A DNA stretch of 64,000 nucleotides from Mustelus asterias (taxonomy: Eukaryota): positions 62,001 through 126,000 of the forward strand of contig NW_027590593.1 of assembly GCF_964213995.1 (NCBI RefSeq), read 5' to 3'. Both the position numbers and the translations under genes were made by a program. The notes under the pieces were generated by a model. It ran no database searches and was not told where the DNA came from. It worked only from the letters and a program-made list of their open reading frames with translations. Positions 1 through 11,779 of this stretch are shown here, one piece after another. The first letter of the stretch is position 1. Each line of letters begins with the position of its first letter.

Positions 1-141
1 AAATTCTATCACCATTCCTTCATTGTCATTGGAGTAAAATATTCACTCTTCCCACCTATCTCGAACATGACTGTACCTTTCGCAGACAGCATGGTGCAAG
101 GAGGTGGTTCTAAGATGACTAGTGCAGGACAAATTGCTCAC

Positions 142-1542
142 CTTTCTCTGTTCAAAGAACAAATATAATCAGTCTGGTAAGTGATCGGTTTGTGAAATAC
201 ATTTGATCTGCATCTGTTCATCACTGGTTCATAAGTCATTCTATACATGTGGTTGTGGGATGAATTTTCATCATTCTTTGAGTTCGTTTGTGAGGTTTTG
301 TCTCCTTCAATATCGGCTACTTTCTTTTCTGTCATTTTCTGGTATGTGTACATGAGTACAATTCAATATTAGATTGTCGCTGGGATGACTGCAACTAAAG
401 GATTCACGCTGTATGTTCTAGCTCATTGAGATGCACATGCATGAGATGTGTTCTGTATCTGTCACACTCATTTATGTTTTTGTGATTGTATGATTTATCT
501 CTATCTGTCAGTTTGGTACTTTGTGCACATATAGGATTCACTCTGCAGCACTCAGTCTCCAATCACAATGAATGAGAGATCAAGTTTTTTTCAGTCTCTT
601 ATCCTATGTGAATGTTGTTATCAATCTGTACCTTTCTGTAATTGTGATCTTCAGTCCTTGGGACACTGTTAGCGTGGCTCTCTATTTTTATCACTTCAAC
701 TTAAGGGTGTGAGTGTCATCTATTGCAGCTGTGTTGTTATGGCCTTAATTCTGCAAATGTTAGGCCCTCCATTGGAATGGGAGTGTGGTTTATATTCACT
801 ATCTTGTCCTGTACACCAGTATGGCCTATTTTCTCTTCCTGCCATTCTCTGTTAATAAATCTGAAAGCTGGTTTACTTCTGTACCTGTCAGTCCGTGTGC
901 TGTATGTGAAAGGTCTGTACATTATGTATAGTTTTCTCTATGATACAGTGTCTGAGATTGAGATGAGTTAAGTACCTGTTAGCCCATGGAATCAAATACA
1001 ATGTTGTGATCTATTATGCGTTGAAGTCTCCAACATTACAGGTGAATGTTACATTGTGAAACTTTCAGTGCCTGGAGGTGAGTGTGAGTTTAGTTCTACA
1101 TTAGTTCCACATTCATCAGTCATTACCCAGGTGCATGTGTGCCTGATTCATATATGTCTCTGCTACTGTATATAAATATTATTTACATTCTGGATCTCTC
1201 AGACATGGTACTGTGTATGAAAGCAGGAATAATCCTACACGGTTACTTTGTATTTCTCTATTGTGTCCATTACAGATTCATTTGGCTTCAATATTTCCTG
1301 TGTAAATGAGAGCCTTTGCGTTTCATTTGTCCTTTCTTTCAGCTTTCTCTGAAGTGTAAAATAGTCTGTAATTTTATTTTCCCATTTATTATGGATCTAA
1401 TGATCTGGTAGTATCGCTGTGCTTTGTGAGTCACACCCTACCTGCTGTGTGTTGGAACCAGCTCCCTGCACTTGTCCTTCTTTCAAGGTAGCATCTGCCT
1501 CAGCAATCATTTGTCATTTTTTTCCTTCCAGAGCTCCTAACT
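142..1542 (-). pseudogene. Possible decayed large exon of an unidentified gene
   Basis: Minus-strand acceptor TTCTTCAG| at 1543, donor AAG|GTGAG at 142/141, A-rich strand with short low-complexity ORF pieces (138..353, 737..922); many stops and no recognisable domain. Confidence 0.3.
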
Positions 1543-1937
1543 CTGAAGAATAGGCAAGCTGGAAGGCAGAAAAGTGATCAAAGAATTAATCATAATAGTA
1601 AAACCAGTTACAAATCAGTATCTGAGCCCACCACAGTACTACAGCAATCAGTTCCTGCTTCATCTGACATTCTTTGATGGGTGGGACTGAGAATCAGTCT
1701 TTCCAGCATACTGCTGCTTCATATGGGCTATCCAGATCAGGCTGAGATTTCAGCAAGAGTCAGATTTAACTTTGCAGCTCTCTTTTAACTAACTGTGCAG
1801 TAGGAAACAAGTCATAGTCAGAAAGTTAGAGTTTTATAGAACAGCTCGATGCCCTTCGGCCCATCGTGTCTGCACCAGCCATCAGGCGCCTGCCTATTCT
1901 AATCCCATTTTACAGCCCCTGCTCCATTGCCTTGCTT

Positions 1938-3572
1938 AGAACATAGAACATAGAAAAAATACAGCACAAACAGGCCCTTCGGCCCACAAGTTGCGCTGGT
2001 CATGTCCCGACCTACCTAGGCTTATATATAAGCTTACCTATAACCCTCAATCCTATTAAGTCCCATGTACTCATCCAGAAGTCTCTTAAAAGACCCTATT
2101 GAGTTTGCCTCCACCACCACTGATGGCAGCCGATTCCACTCACCCACCACCCTCAGAGTGAAAGACTTACCCCTGATATCTCCTCCGTACCTACTCCCCA
2201 GCACCTTAAACCTGTGTCCTCTCGTTGCAGCCATTTCAGCCCTGGGAAAAAGCCTCCCATAATCCACCCGATATATACTTCGCAACATCTTGTACACCTC
2301 TATCCCCTCTATCAGGTCACCTCTCATCCTTCGTCTCTCCAAGGAGAAAAGACCAAGCTCCCTCAACCTATCCTCATAAGGCATGCCAACCAATCCAGGC
2401 AACATCCTTGTAAATCTTCTCTGCACCCTTTCAATCATTTCCACATCCCTCCTGTAATGAGGTGACCAGAACTGAGCACAGTACTCCAAGTGGGGTCTGA
2501 CGAGGGTCTTATAAAGCTGCAGCATTATCTCCCGACTCCTAAACTCAATCCCTCGATTGATGAAGGCCAGCACACCATACGCCGCCTTACCCACCTCCTC
2601 TACCTGCGAGGCCGATTTAAGAGTCCTATGGACCCCGACCCCAAGGTCCTTCTGATCCTCTGCACTGCAAAGAGTCTTACCCTTGATATTATACTCCTTC
2701 ATCCCATTTGACCTACCAAAATGGACCACTACACATTCATTTGGGTTGAAGTCCAACTGCCACTTCTCCGCCCAGTCTTGCATCCTATCTATGTCATGCT
2801 GCAGCTTCTGACATCCCTCCAACCTATCCACAACACCAGCAACCTTCGTGTTGTCGGCAAACTTACCTACCCATCCCTCCACTTCCTCATCCAGGTCATT
2901 TATGAAAATGACAAACAGCAACGGTCCCAGAACAGATCCCTGGGGCACTCCACTGGTGACCGACTCCATTCAGAAAAAGACCCGTCTACAACCGCTCTCT
3001 GCCTTCTGCAGGCAAGCCAGTTCTGAATCCACAAGGCAACAGCCCCTTGGATCCCATGCCCTCTCACTTTCTCGAGAAGTCTTGCATGGGGGACCTTATC
3101 AAATGCCTTGCTGAAGTCCATGTAAACCACATCTACCGCTTTTCCTTCATCAATGTGTTTAGTCACATTTTCAAAGAACTCCACCAGGCTGGTAAGGCAC
3201 GATTTGCCTTTGACAAAACCGTGCTGACTACTTTTGAGCATACTAAACTTCTCTAAATGTTCATAAATCCTGTCCCTCAGGATCTTCTCCATCAACTTAC
3301 CAACTACTGAGGTTAGAGTCACCAGTCGGTAATTTCCTGGGCTATCCCTATTCCTTTTCTTGAACATAGGAACCACATCCGCAATCCTCCAATCCTCCGG
3401 AACCTCTCCCGTCTCCATCGATGACGCAAAGATCATCGTCAGAGGCTCTGTAATCTCTTGCCTCGCCTCCCACAGTAACCTGGGGTACATCCCATCCGGT
3501 CCCGGCGACTTACCTATCTTGATGCTATTCAAAGTTTCCAACGCATCCTCTTTCTTAAAGTCCACATTAATA
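1938..3572 (-). mobile_element. CR1 LINE, 5'-truncated ORF2 (RT) with 3' tail, frameshifted
   Basis: ORFs 2900..3565 and 2034..2969 give KSPGPDG, DFSKAFD, GVPQGSVLGP and FADN (catalytic DD altered); (GTTCTAT)n tail at 1938-1955; empty site in copy 2 near 26358. Confidence 0.95.
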
Positions 3573-3975
3573 CTTGCTATGATATTTCAGGTACTTATCT
3601 AAATGCTTCTTAAATGTTGTGAGGTTTACTTTCTCCACCATCCCCTCTGAATCACCTTCTCCTTAACTTAAATCTTTAACACTTATTATTGACCCATCTA
3701 CTCAGGGAAAATATTCCTTCTCTCTCTCCTATGTATGTCCCTCATAATTTTGCACACCTTGAAGTTTTACCCTGTTCAGCCTTCTCTGCTCTAAGGAAAG
3801 CAACCTAATTTCACAGCAGAAATGCACCAGTATAGGCAATCTCCTGGTGAATCTCCTCACAATATTTTCTGCTGTAATTACATCCTTCCCATAGTGTGGT
3901 GACCAAAACTGTGCACAGTACTCTAGGTGTGACCTAACCAGCATTTTACACTTCCACCCTAATCTCCCAATGTGT
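3573..3975 (-). mobile_element. Old CR1 3' fragment (continues at about 1830-1937, split by the younger CR1)
   Basis: HLEYCAQFWSPHY...RRFTR remnant in ORF 3729..4130; uninterrupted in copy 2. Confidence 0.75.
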
Positions 3976-3980
3976 ACATT

Positions 3981-4292
3981 GGGTGGCACAGTGTCTCGCA
4001 CTGCAGTATCACAGCACCAGGGACCTGAGTTCAATTCCGACCTTGGGTCACTATCTGTGTGGAGTTTGCACATTCTTACCGTATCTGCGTGGGTTTCCTT
4101 TGGGTGCTCCGGTTTCCTCCCACATTCCAAAGATGTGCGGGTTTGGTGGATTGGCCACGCTAAATTGACCCTTAATGTCAGGGAGATTTGCAGAATGAAT
4201 ACATGGGGTTACGCGGAAAGGGCCTGGGTGGGATTGTTGTCGGTGCAGGCTCGATAGGCTCAATGACCTCTCCCTGCACTGTAGGGATTCTA
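3981..4292 (+). mobile_element. tRNA-derived SINE (HE1/V-SINE-like)
   Basis: A-box-like TGGCACAGTG, B-box-like GAGTTCAATTCC, core GCGTGGGTTTCC...GGGTGCTCCGGTTTCCTCCCACA. Confidence 0.8.
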
Positions 4293-4296
4293 CTAC

Positions 4297-4536
4297 TGAC
4301 AATGGCATGGACCCGGGTTCAATTCTGGTCTCGGGTCACTGTCTGTGTGCAATTTGTATGTTCCCCTCGTGTCTACATGGCCTTTCTCCCACAGTCCAAA
4401 GATGTGCAGTTTAGGTTGATTGGCCATGCTAAATTGCCCCTTTGTGTTGGGTTACAGGGATAGAGCCTGGCTGGGGTTGTTGCCAGTGCAGGCTAGATGG
4501 GCGGAATGGCTTCCTTCTGCACTGTAGGGATTCTAT
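4297..4536 (+). mobile_element. Second, partial HE1/V-SINE-like SINE
   Basis: GGGTTCAATTC B-box, CCCACAGTCCAAAGATGTGCAG core, same CTGCACTGTAGGGATTCTA end as the preceding copy. Confidence 0.75.
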
Positions 4537-4802
4537 GCCTCAGTAAATAAAAGCAGGTGTTCCATTTGCTTACTTATCCACTTCTGGGATCTTCTACCAT
4601 GAACCCACAGGTCCCTCTGGTCTTCCGTACGTGCGAACGTTCTACTATTCATTGTGTATTATTTATTCAAAATTCAGGGTTAAATTCCACTTGCCACTGT
4701 TTTGCCCATCTGACCAGCCCATCTATATCATCTTGTAATCTAAGACTGCTGCACTAAGTTTCAAACCATTTGTAAAATTACTGATCATAGCATCTCCACC
4801 AT

Positions 4803-5682
4803 TGTTATGAAGTTGGATATATAAGGTTAAAAATGTGGTATTTTACAAATGTAAATATTGAAAAGAAATGCTAAGAAAACCAAAATAAATCATATAGCAT
4901 TGTCTCTTTAAAAAGCATGTGTCTTTATGCTTCGGATTTTAAACTGCAGGAAGCAGGCTGCAGAAGCAACACTTGTATCCAAAGCAGCAGCCAGAGTTCC
5001 AGCGAAGCAAAACAAGCTTTTCAATTGAACCAATGGGTTCAAGGCAAACACGCTGAGGCACAGAACCAATGGAATTCAAATGTAAGGTTTGTTGACAACC
5101 TTAAGCCATTCAAGTCACAGGAATACTGTGGGGTAATTCCAGGTATTTAAACCCAGACAAGGGGAGATGACAGTTAGAGCAACCTTGCCACCACTTTAGA
5201 TTGAAGGAGGGAACGGCGAGTCTCTCAAATGAAATCCTGCAGTAATATATATAGCTTCATCAAATCACCATCTAACTGGGAGAAACCAACTCAGAAAGCA
5301 TTCCAGACCAAAGCATCAGAAGAAAGTTCATACTTCCAACTGACGCCTAGTATTATATTATTTGAGAGTGACTATATTCTGCACTAGTCCTGAATGAGTC
5401 TTGTAATTGGAACAGCATTCTATTGGGGAATTTATTCAGTTTGCTAATTATTTTAATAATCTTGTCCCCAGTTCTAAAATAAAGACCTGTTAATTGTTCA
5501 TGATAGAGTGTGGCAGATCCTGCTTCAAGGTACCAAAACCAGTAGCTTCATACCATCTCTCGCACACTTCCTTAAGAATACGAGGTGAAGTACATCCCTT
5601 TTCGGGTGGGGGGTGGGTGGGGGGAGAGGGGGAGGGGCTTCCAAAGTTGCGCAGAGGGAAACATGACCTCCGCATCGTAACA
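4803..5682 (+). mobile_element. Solo LTR (880 bp) inserted in an old CR1 RT
   Basis: Termini TGTTATGA...TCGTAACA (TG..CA, 7/8 inverted match), CCAT target duplication at 4799-4802 and 5683-5686, AATAAA at 5478; joined flanks read NDLDMNGGDAMISNF on minus. Confidence 0.8.
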
Positions 5683-6012
5683 CCATTCATGTCCAGATCA
5701 TTAAAGTTCACTACAAACAACAAAGGATCCCACACCCACCCCTGTGGTGCACCACTGAACACAGGCTTCGAGTCACAGCAACAAGCTCAGACTATCACCC
5801 TCTGCCTCCTGCCCGAAGTCAATCTTGGATCCAAACTGCCCAGTACCCCATGTCTCCTACCTTTTTGATCTGAATTCCATGGAGGCTGCACTGGCCTCAC
5901 CTTAACACAGACTCACCTCTTTCTTGTGGGAACGCTGATGTCTCCCAAAGCTGCTGAAGGGAAGCCCACTCCCCTCACTGAGTGACACTGGGCAGTGTGG
6001 GGGAGACAGAGG

Positions 6013-6110
6013 CTGCACATGCGCGCTGAACCTCAATGTGACGTCTGGAAGGGGCGGGGCAAAGACTGCGCACGCGCAGATCTCGCCCCGTACTCAGCTT
6101 CCGGAAATCA
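6013..6110. promoter_or_regulatory. CpG-rich housekeeping-type promoter motif cluster
   Basis: CRE-like TGACGTC 6039-6045, GC box GGGGCGGGGC 6051-6060, NRF1-like TGCGCACGCGCA 6067-6078, ETS-like CTTCCGGAAAT 6098-6108. Confidence 0.55.
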
Positions 6111-6294
6111 ATGGGAATTTTCCCCATTTCCCTCTCATCAGACACACAGAGCAAAAGCTTCAAACCCCTGTTGTCCTGGTGTGTGGGGGGAGTGCTCGGT
6201 GGAGAGGCTGAGTGAAGCTATAGCGATTGAAGCTCTGTGTTTGTCCCAATTAGATATTCAATTTGCAGTCATTCCCTGTAGCTTGTTAATGTAA

Positions 6295-6606
6295 AGTTTA
6301 TTTAAAGTAAGGTTTATTTATTAGTCACAAGGAGGCTTACATTCACACTACAATGAAGTTACTGTGAAAATCCCCTCGTCTCCACAGTCTGGTGCCTGTT
6401 CGGCTAGCACTGAGGGACAACTCAGCATGGCCAATTCACCTAACCTGCACATCAGTGGACTGTGGGAGGAAACCGGAGCACCTGGGGGAAATCCACACAG
6501 AGATGGGGAGAAAGCGCAAACTCCACACAGACAGTGACCCAAGCCAGGAATTGAATCCAGGTCCCTGGCGGTGTGAGGCGGCAGTGTTAACCATTGTGCC
6601 AACCAC
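6295..6606 (-). mobile_element. tRNA-derived SINE (HE1/V-SINE-like)
   Basis: Reverse complement of the SINE head and core (GGACTGTGGGAGGAAACCGGAGCAC on +), with an A-rich tail. Confidence 0.8.
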
Positions 6607-6732
6607 AGTGTGTTTGTTGTCACACTGTGACCCATCCCGTCAAATTCAGAGATTCTGCAAACTAGAACTTTATTATTTGACTGAATTTTCACCCTTTTCC
6701 AATTGTAAATTGAATGAATAGGTAAATCACCT

Positions 6733-7490
6733 TGGTTCACACACTCCCCTGGTTTAGACACTCCCCTGGTTTAGACACTCCCCTGGTTTAGACACTCCCC
6801 TGGTTTACACACTCCCCTGGTTTACACACTCCCCTGGTTTACACAATCCCCTGGTTTACACACTCCCCTGCTTTACACACTCCCCTGGTTTACACACTCC
6901 CCTGGTTTACACACTCCCCTGCTTTACACACTCCCCTGGTTTACACACTCCCCTGGTTTACACACTCCCCTGGTTTACACACACCCCTGGTTTACACACT
7001 CCCCTGGTTTACACACTCCCCTGGTTTACACACTCCCCTGCTTTACACACTCCCCTGGTTTACACACACCCCTGGTTTACCCACTCCCTCTGTCTATAAA
7101 CTCGTCTGGTTCACACACACTCCCCTTTTTTACACACTCCCCTGGTTTGCACACTCCCAGAGTTTACACACTCCTCTGGTTTGCACACTCTCCCTGTTTA
7201 TACTCTCCCCTGGTTTGCACACTTCCCGCATTGACACATACCCTTGGATTTAACACTTCCCTGGTTCGTACTCTTCCCTCCTTGCACATAATCCTCTGGT
7301 TTACACACTCTCTCCTCTTACTCACTGTCCTGGTGTGCACATATCCCCAGGTATACATGTTCCCCCACTTTACAATTTCCTGCTTCACGCCACTGGTATA
7401 TGCACTTCCCTGGTTTCACAAACTCACTTAATGTTACACAGTCTCTGGTTTTAAACATCCTCTGGTATACACAGTCCCCTGTTTTACAAC
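6733..7490. repeat. 17-bp minisatellite, short array
   Basis: About 20 near-perfect CTCCCCTGGTTTACACA units to about 7082, then degenerate units to about 7490. Confidence 0.95.
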
Positions 7491-7705
7491 CTTCTCTAAT
7501 CTGTTCTATTTCCAAAGCAATTCTATTTCCCTTTGAGGATGTATATATGCTTTTGGCACAGTTTTGGATTGTGATATCTATGTATTCTAATGCTGTATTC
7601 ATACCGCATCTCACATCATCTGCTAATGCATGTGTTAGTGTAATATTGTTCTTCACTCTGATATTGACACAAAGCTGGGTACTGCAGTATTGAATCTTTT
7701 CTTCT

Positions 7706-9233
7706 ACATTTGGAATGCTGCATCCAGTTCTGGTCGCTGCACTACCAGAAGGACGTGGAAGCTTTGTAGAGAGTACAGAGAAGGTTTACCAGGATGTTGC
7801 CTGGTATGGAGGGTCTTAGCTATGAGGAGAGATTGATTAAACTGAGGTTGTTCTCCCTGGAAAGACGGAGGATGAGGGGCGACCTAATAGAGGTGTCTAA
7901 AATTATGAAGGGCATAGATAGGGTGAACAGTGGGAAGCTTTTTCCCAGGTCGGAGGTGACAAACACAAGGGGTCACGGGTTCAAGGTGAGGGGGCAAGGT
8001 TCAACACAGATGTCAGGGGGACGTATTTTACACAGAGGGTGGTGGGGGCCTGGAATGCACTGCCAAGCAAGGTGATTGAGGTGGACACGCTGGGATCATT
8101 TAAGACTTATCTAGATAGCCACATGAACAGACTGGGAATAGAGGGATCCAAAAGAATGGTCTAGTGGGCACATGTGCCCCAGGGATCTGTTCTGGGACCC
8201 TTGCTGTTTGTCATTTTCATAAATGACCTGGATGAGGAAGTGGAGGGATGGGTTGGTAAGTTTGCCGACGACACGAAGGTTGGTGGTGTTGTGGATAGGT
8301 TGGAGGCATGTCAGAAGCTGCAGCGTGACATAGATAGGATGCAAGACTGTGCAGGTGGACTTCAAGCAGGATAAATGTGTCGTGGACCATTTTGGCAGGT
8401 CAAATGGGATGAAGGAGTATAATATCAAGGGTAAGACTCTTTGCAGTGCAGAGGATCAGAAGGACCTCGGGGTCCGGGTCCATAGGACTCTTAAATCGGC
8501 CTCGCAGGTAGAGGAGGTGGTTAAGAAGGCGTATGGTGTGCTGGCCTTCATCAATCGAGGGATTGAGTTTAGGAGTCGGGAGATAATGCTGCAGCTTTAT
8601 AAGACCCTCATCAGACCCCACTTGGAGTACTGTGCTCAGTTCTGGTCACCTCATTACAGGAGAGATGTGGAAATGATTGAAAGGGTGCAGAGAAGATTTA
8701 CAAGGATGTTGCCTGGATTGGTTGGCATGCCTTATGAGGATAGGTTGAGGGAGCTTGGTCTTTTCTCCTTGGAGAGACGAAGGATGAGAGGTGACCTGAT
8801 AGAGGTGTACAAGATGTTGAGAGGTATATATCGGGTGGATTATGGGAGGCTTTTTCCCAGGGCTGAAATGGCTGCAACGAGAGGACACAGGTTTAAGGTG
8901 CTGGGGAGTAGGTACGGAGGAGATGTCAGGGGTAAGTCTTTCACTCTGAGGATGGTGGGTGAGTGGAATCGGCTGCCGTCAGTGGTGGTGGAGGCAAACT
9001 CAATAGGGTCTTTTAAGAGACTTCTGGATGAGTATGGGACTGAATAGGATTGAGGGTGATAGGTAAGCCTGTATGTAAGCCTAGGTAGGTAGGGACATGA
9101 CCGGCGCAACTTGTGGGCCGAAGGGCCTGTTTGTGCTGTATTTTTTCTATGTTCTATGTTCTATGAGCGGCGCAGGTTTGGAGGGCCGAAGGGCCTGTTC
9201 CTGTCCTGTATTGTTCTTTGTTCTTTGTTCTTT
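7706..9233 (+). mobile_element. CR1 3' fragment (host element), interrupted in its 3' UTR by a second CR1
   Basis: ORF 7794..8075 matches the CR1 ORF2 C-terminus; UTR resumes at 9166 and ends in (GTTCTTT)n; the same family is uninterrupted at 26988-27690. Confidence 0.85.
8172..9165 (+). mobile_element. CR1 LINE 3' fragment nested in another CR1
   Basis: PQGSVLGP...FADD (8174..8374), frameshifted continuation 8349..9047, (GTTCTAT)n tail; near-identical to the inverted copy within 1938-3572. Confidence 0.93.
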
Positions 9234-9429
9234 CTCTCTCTCGCTCGCTCTGTCTCAAATTCTGTGTGTCTCTCATTCATTTTATCTGTCTTTGGATGTC
9301 TCTCTCAAATTCTATCTCTCTCAATCTACTTCGCTTTCTGTGTCACTGTGCCGCCAATCTCAGTGTGACTCTCTATGTCTCTCTCTGCCTATTTCTTCCC
9401 ATCTCTCACTCTCTGTTTCTGTGTTACTG

Positions 9430-9589
9430 CAGTAAGAATTCTCACAACACCAGGTTAAAGTCCAACAGGTTTATTTGGCAGCAAAAGCCACTCGCTTTTG
9501 GAGCACTGCCCCTTCACCAGGGACTTTAACCTGGTGTTGTGAGACTTCTTACTGTGTTTACCCCTGTCCAACGCCGGCATCTCCACATC
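9430..9589. mobile_element. Short palindromic Penelope-like terminal remnant
   Basis: Inverted repeat 9430-9463 vs 9521-9554 sharing CAACACCAGGTTAAAGTCC with elements at 12411 and 13266; degenerate hammerhead core between the arms. Confidence 0.75.
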
Positions 9590-9948
9590 TGTGTTGCTGA
9601 GCAGTGCAAGAGGATAAACTCAAGGTTTAGTGAAGAGATCATTTGCATTTTCACCTTGAAGAAAGGTGCACAATCAATGTAATTTTATGAAAACACATCT
9701 GATTGTGATTGGCTGTTGCTGGGGAGTGAGGTTAACATACAATATGGGGGCAGAAAATACAGAGAGATGAACAAAGTGAATGGAGAATTTACGATTAACC
9801 AACATAACGTGGGATAAGTGTGGAAGAAAGCGACAATATGCCCTGGGAAGTTTGAATTGCAAAATCATTTTAGCCTGGGATTGTGTAGATGTGAATATTG
9901 TGCAGGAGAGAGTGTGTGATAGGGGCGGGGGAAACAGGAGAACATCAC

Positions 9949-10377
9949 TGTGTTTGTGTGTCCGTTCAGATCATGAGATCTCCGCATCATTCTTGCGTAA
10001 AATAAAAATATTTTTCAATCAAATTCTCCCCCTGTATCCCTCCTACTTCTCAAAGTTAGATTTCAATGCAATTTCTATGTCGGTTTCCAAATTTCAGTCG
10101 AAAAGTGAGGAAGATGACAGCGATGGGGTGAGAGAGCGCGAACAGTACAGCAGCGAAACGGGATTTAATCCCAAATGCAGCCTTCAATCCGGGTGAAATC
10201 TTTTCTACAACAGACATTAGGATGTCAGACACAGTGAGGATTGAACGTGGGACAGAGTGGAGTCGGGATTTGAGTGGAAATTGAGAGTTTGGGACGAGAG
10301 AGAAACACAGAGAAGGCAGCAGCAGCCTGGAGCTGACAGCAGCTTGTCTCCGCCCCGTCCGCTCGCTGCCTTTAAGT
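9949..10377 (+). promoter_or_regulatory. Histone H1 promoter (TG box, AC/H1 box, GC box, weak TATA)
   Basis: TGTGTTT 9949-9955, AAACACA 10303-10309, CCGCCC 10350-10355, TTTAAG at 10371. Confidence 0.7.
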
Positions 10378-10454
10378 TGCTCAGTGCCGCCTCCAGACGC
10401 TTCATTTCTCATCCAGTTCACATTGACGGAGAGATTTGGTGTAGAGTTCCGGAC

Positions 10455-11090
10455 ATGAGCGACAGTGCAGCCGCCGAAACGGCTCCTCCAGCCGCCGCCA
10501 CAGGCAAGACAGCCAAGAAGAAGAAGGCAGCGGCTCCCCGGAAGAAAGCAACAGGTCCCAGTCTGGGCGATCTGATCCTCCAGATCGTGGCGGAAAGCAA
10601 GGATCGCACGGGGATCTCCGCTGCCGCCATCAAGAAGGAGCTGCGGAGCAAAGGGGTGAATGTGGAGAAACGGGTGGCTCTGATCAGGCAAAGTTTAAGG
10701 AGGAATGTGGAAAATGGAAAGCTGATTCAGCTCCGTGGTACTGGCGCCTCCGGCTCCTACAGAATCGCTCAGAAAACAGCAGAGCGGAAAACTGTAAAGA
10801 AGGTAAAGTTAGGAGCGGCCAGGAAAACCCCAGTGAAGAAAGCGGTGGCCAAGAAAGCAACAAAGAAACCAGCAACAAAGAAACCAGCAGCCAAGAAACC
10901 AGCAGCCAAGAAACCAGCAGCCAAGAAAACAGTCAAGAAAACAACCAAGAAGGCGACAACACCAAAAAAGAGCGTGAAGAAAGTGACACCCAAGAAAAAG
11001 ATTGTTGTGAAGAAGGTCGCGAAGGGAAAGACATCAAAGGCCAAACCCAAGGCGGCTGCAGCAAAATCTAAGAAAGCAGGAAAGAAGTGA
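10455..11090 (+). CDS. H1: Linker histone H1 (211 aa), replication-dependent type
   Basis: ATG at 10455 within ORF 10257..11090; globular domain ending GTGASGSYRI, K/A/P-rich tail with TPKK sites, intronless, 3' stem-loop. Confidence 0.95.
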   Translation: MSDSAAAETAPPAAATGKTAKKKKAAAPRKKATGPSLGDLILQIVAESKDRTGISAAAIKKELRSKGVNVEKRVALIRQSLRRNVENGKLIQLRGTGASGSYRIAQKTAERKTVKKVKLGAARKTPVKKAVAKKATKKPATKKPAAKKPAAKKPAAKKTVKKTTKKATTPKKSVKKVTPKKKIVVKKVAKGKTSKAKPKAAAAKSKKAGKK

Positions 11091-11126
11091 AATACGCCGA
11101 GCAAATCCTAAACCTCTAAACCCAAA

Positions 11127-11167
11127 GGCTCTTCTCAGAGCCACCCACCTCTCTCAGGAATGAGCTG
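11127..11167 (+). terminator. Histone 3' stem-loop and downstream element (H1)
   Basis: GGCTCT-TCTC-AGAGCC then ACCCA, followed by purine-rich GAATGAGCTG. Confidence 0.92.
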
Positions 11168-11779
11168 AACTCCCCGCGGTCAATGAATCGCTGTCCCGGC
11201 GCTGGGAGCAGATTTCAGATAGAAATGTCAATCCAGTATTCCCGCTCACTCGCTGACATGTTCTAGACCCGGACCCCCCTCACACTCTGCACTCAAACAC
11301 AGGGATGTTGCTGCCTCTCCCTAACCCGGGAATGGCTCCAGGGGAACACTCACACTTTGTGTTAGTTTGTTTATTCACAGATTCAGGGTGTGGGTGTAAA
11401 AGAGGAATCCTGGCGGAGAAAGCCCACCTCACAATTCAAACCACAAACACATTTTATCAGCTGGGAGAGATCTGAATAAAATTCTGAACCCGTCTGGGAG
11501 AGGAGTTGTCGGGAATGGAGTCGGAGCTGGGACTGAAATGGGAGGAGGCAGTTCGACTGGTTATAGAAAGGATTGCACTGAGGCGGAATGTTACTGACAA
11601 GTCTGGATTGAATAGATCGGGTTCCTAACTAGCTTGTATCTGATATTCCAGTTTGTACGTTTTGTTCCTCGCGCTCTTTTCACTTCTGTTTGAATTTGAA
11701 TCAGAAATGTCGGTTCGAGCCGGCAGGAGGAGGAGCTGGATGGTGAAAGACATTTCACTGCTCTGTCTCTCAGTCTCCT

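Larger units (their letters stand above)
1..7082. repeat. Segmental duplication, copy 1 (starts before the window)
   Basis: Colinear and highly similar to 19858-30545 (offset about 19.86 kb at the left end); paired ORFs such as 138..353/19999..20214 and 4917..5150/28314..28709. Confidence 0.95.

Noticed and set aside
9234-9425. CT-rich tract as a functional element
   Set aside because: Degenerate low-complexity microsatellite next to a LINE tail, with no further support
10257-10454. N-terminal extensions of H1, H3 (14620-14730) and H2B (17457-17468) in the ORF track
   Set aside because: They begin at non-ATG codons and run through promoter or 5' UTR sequence
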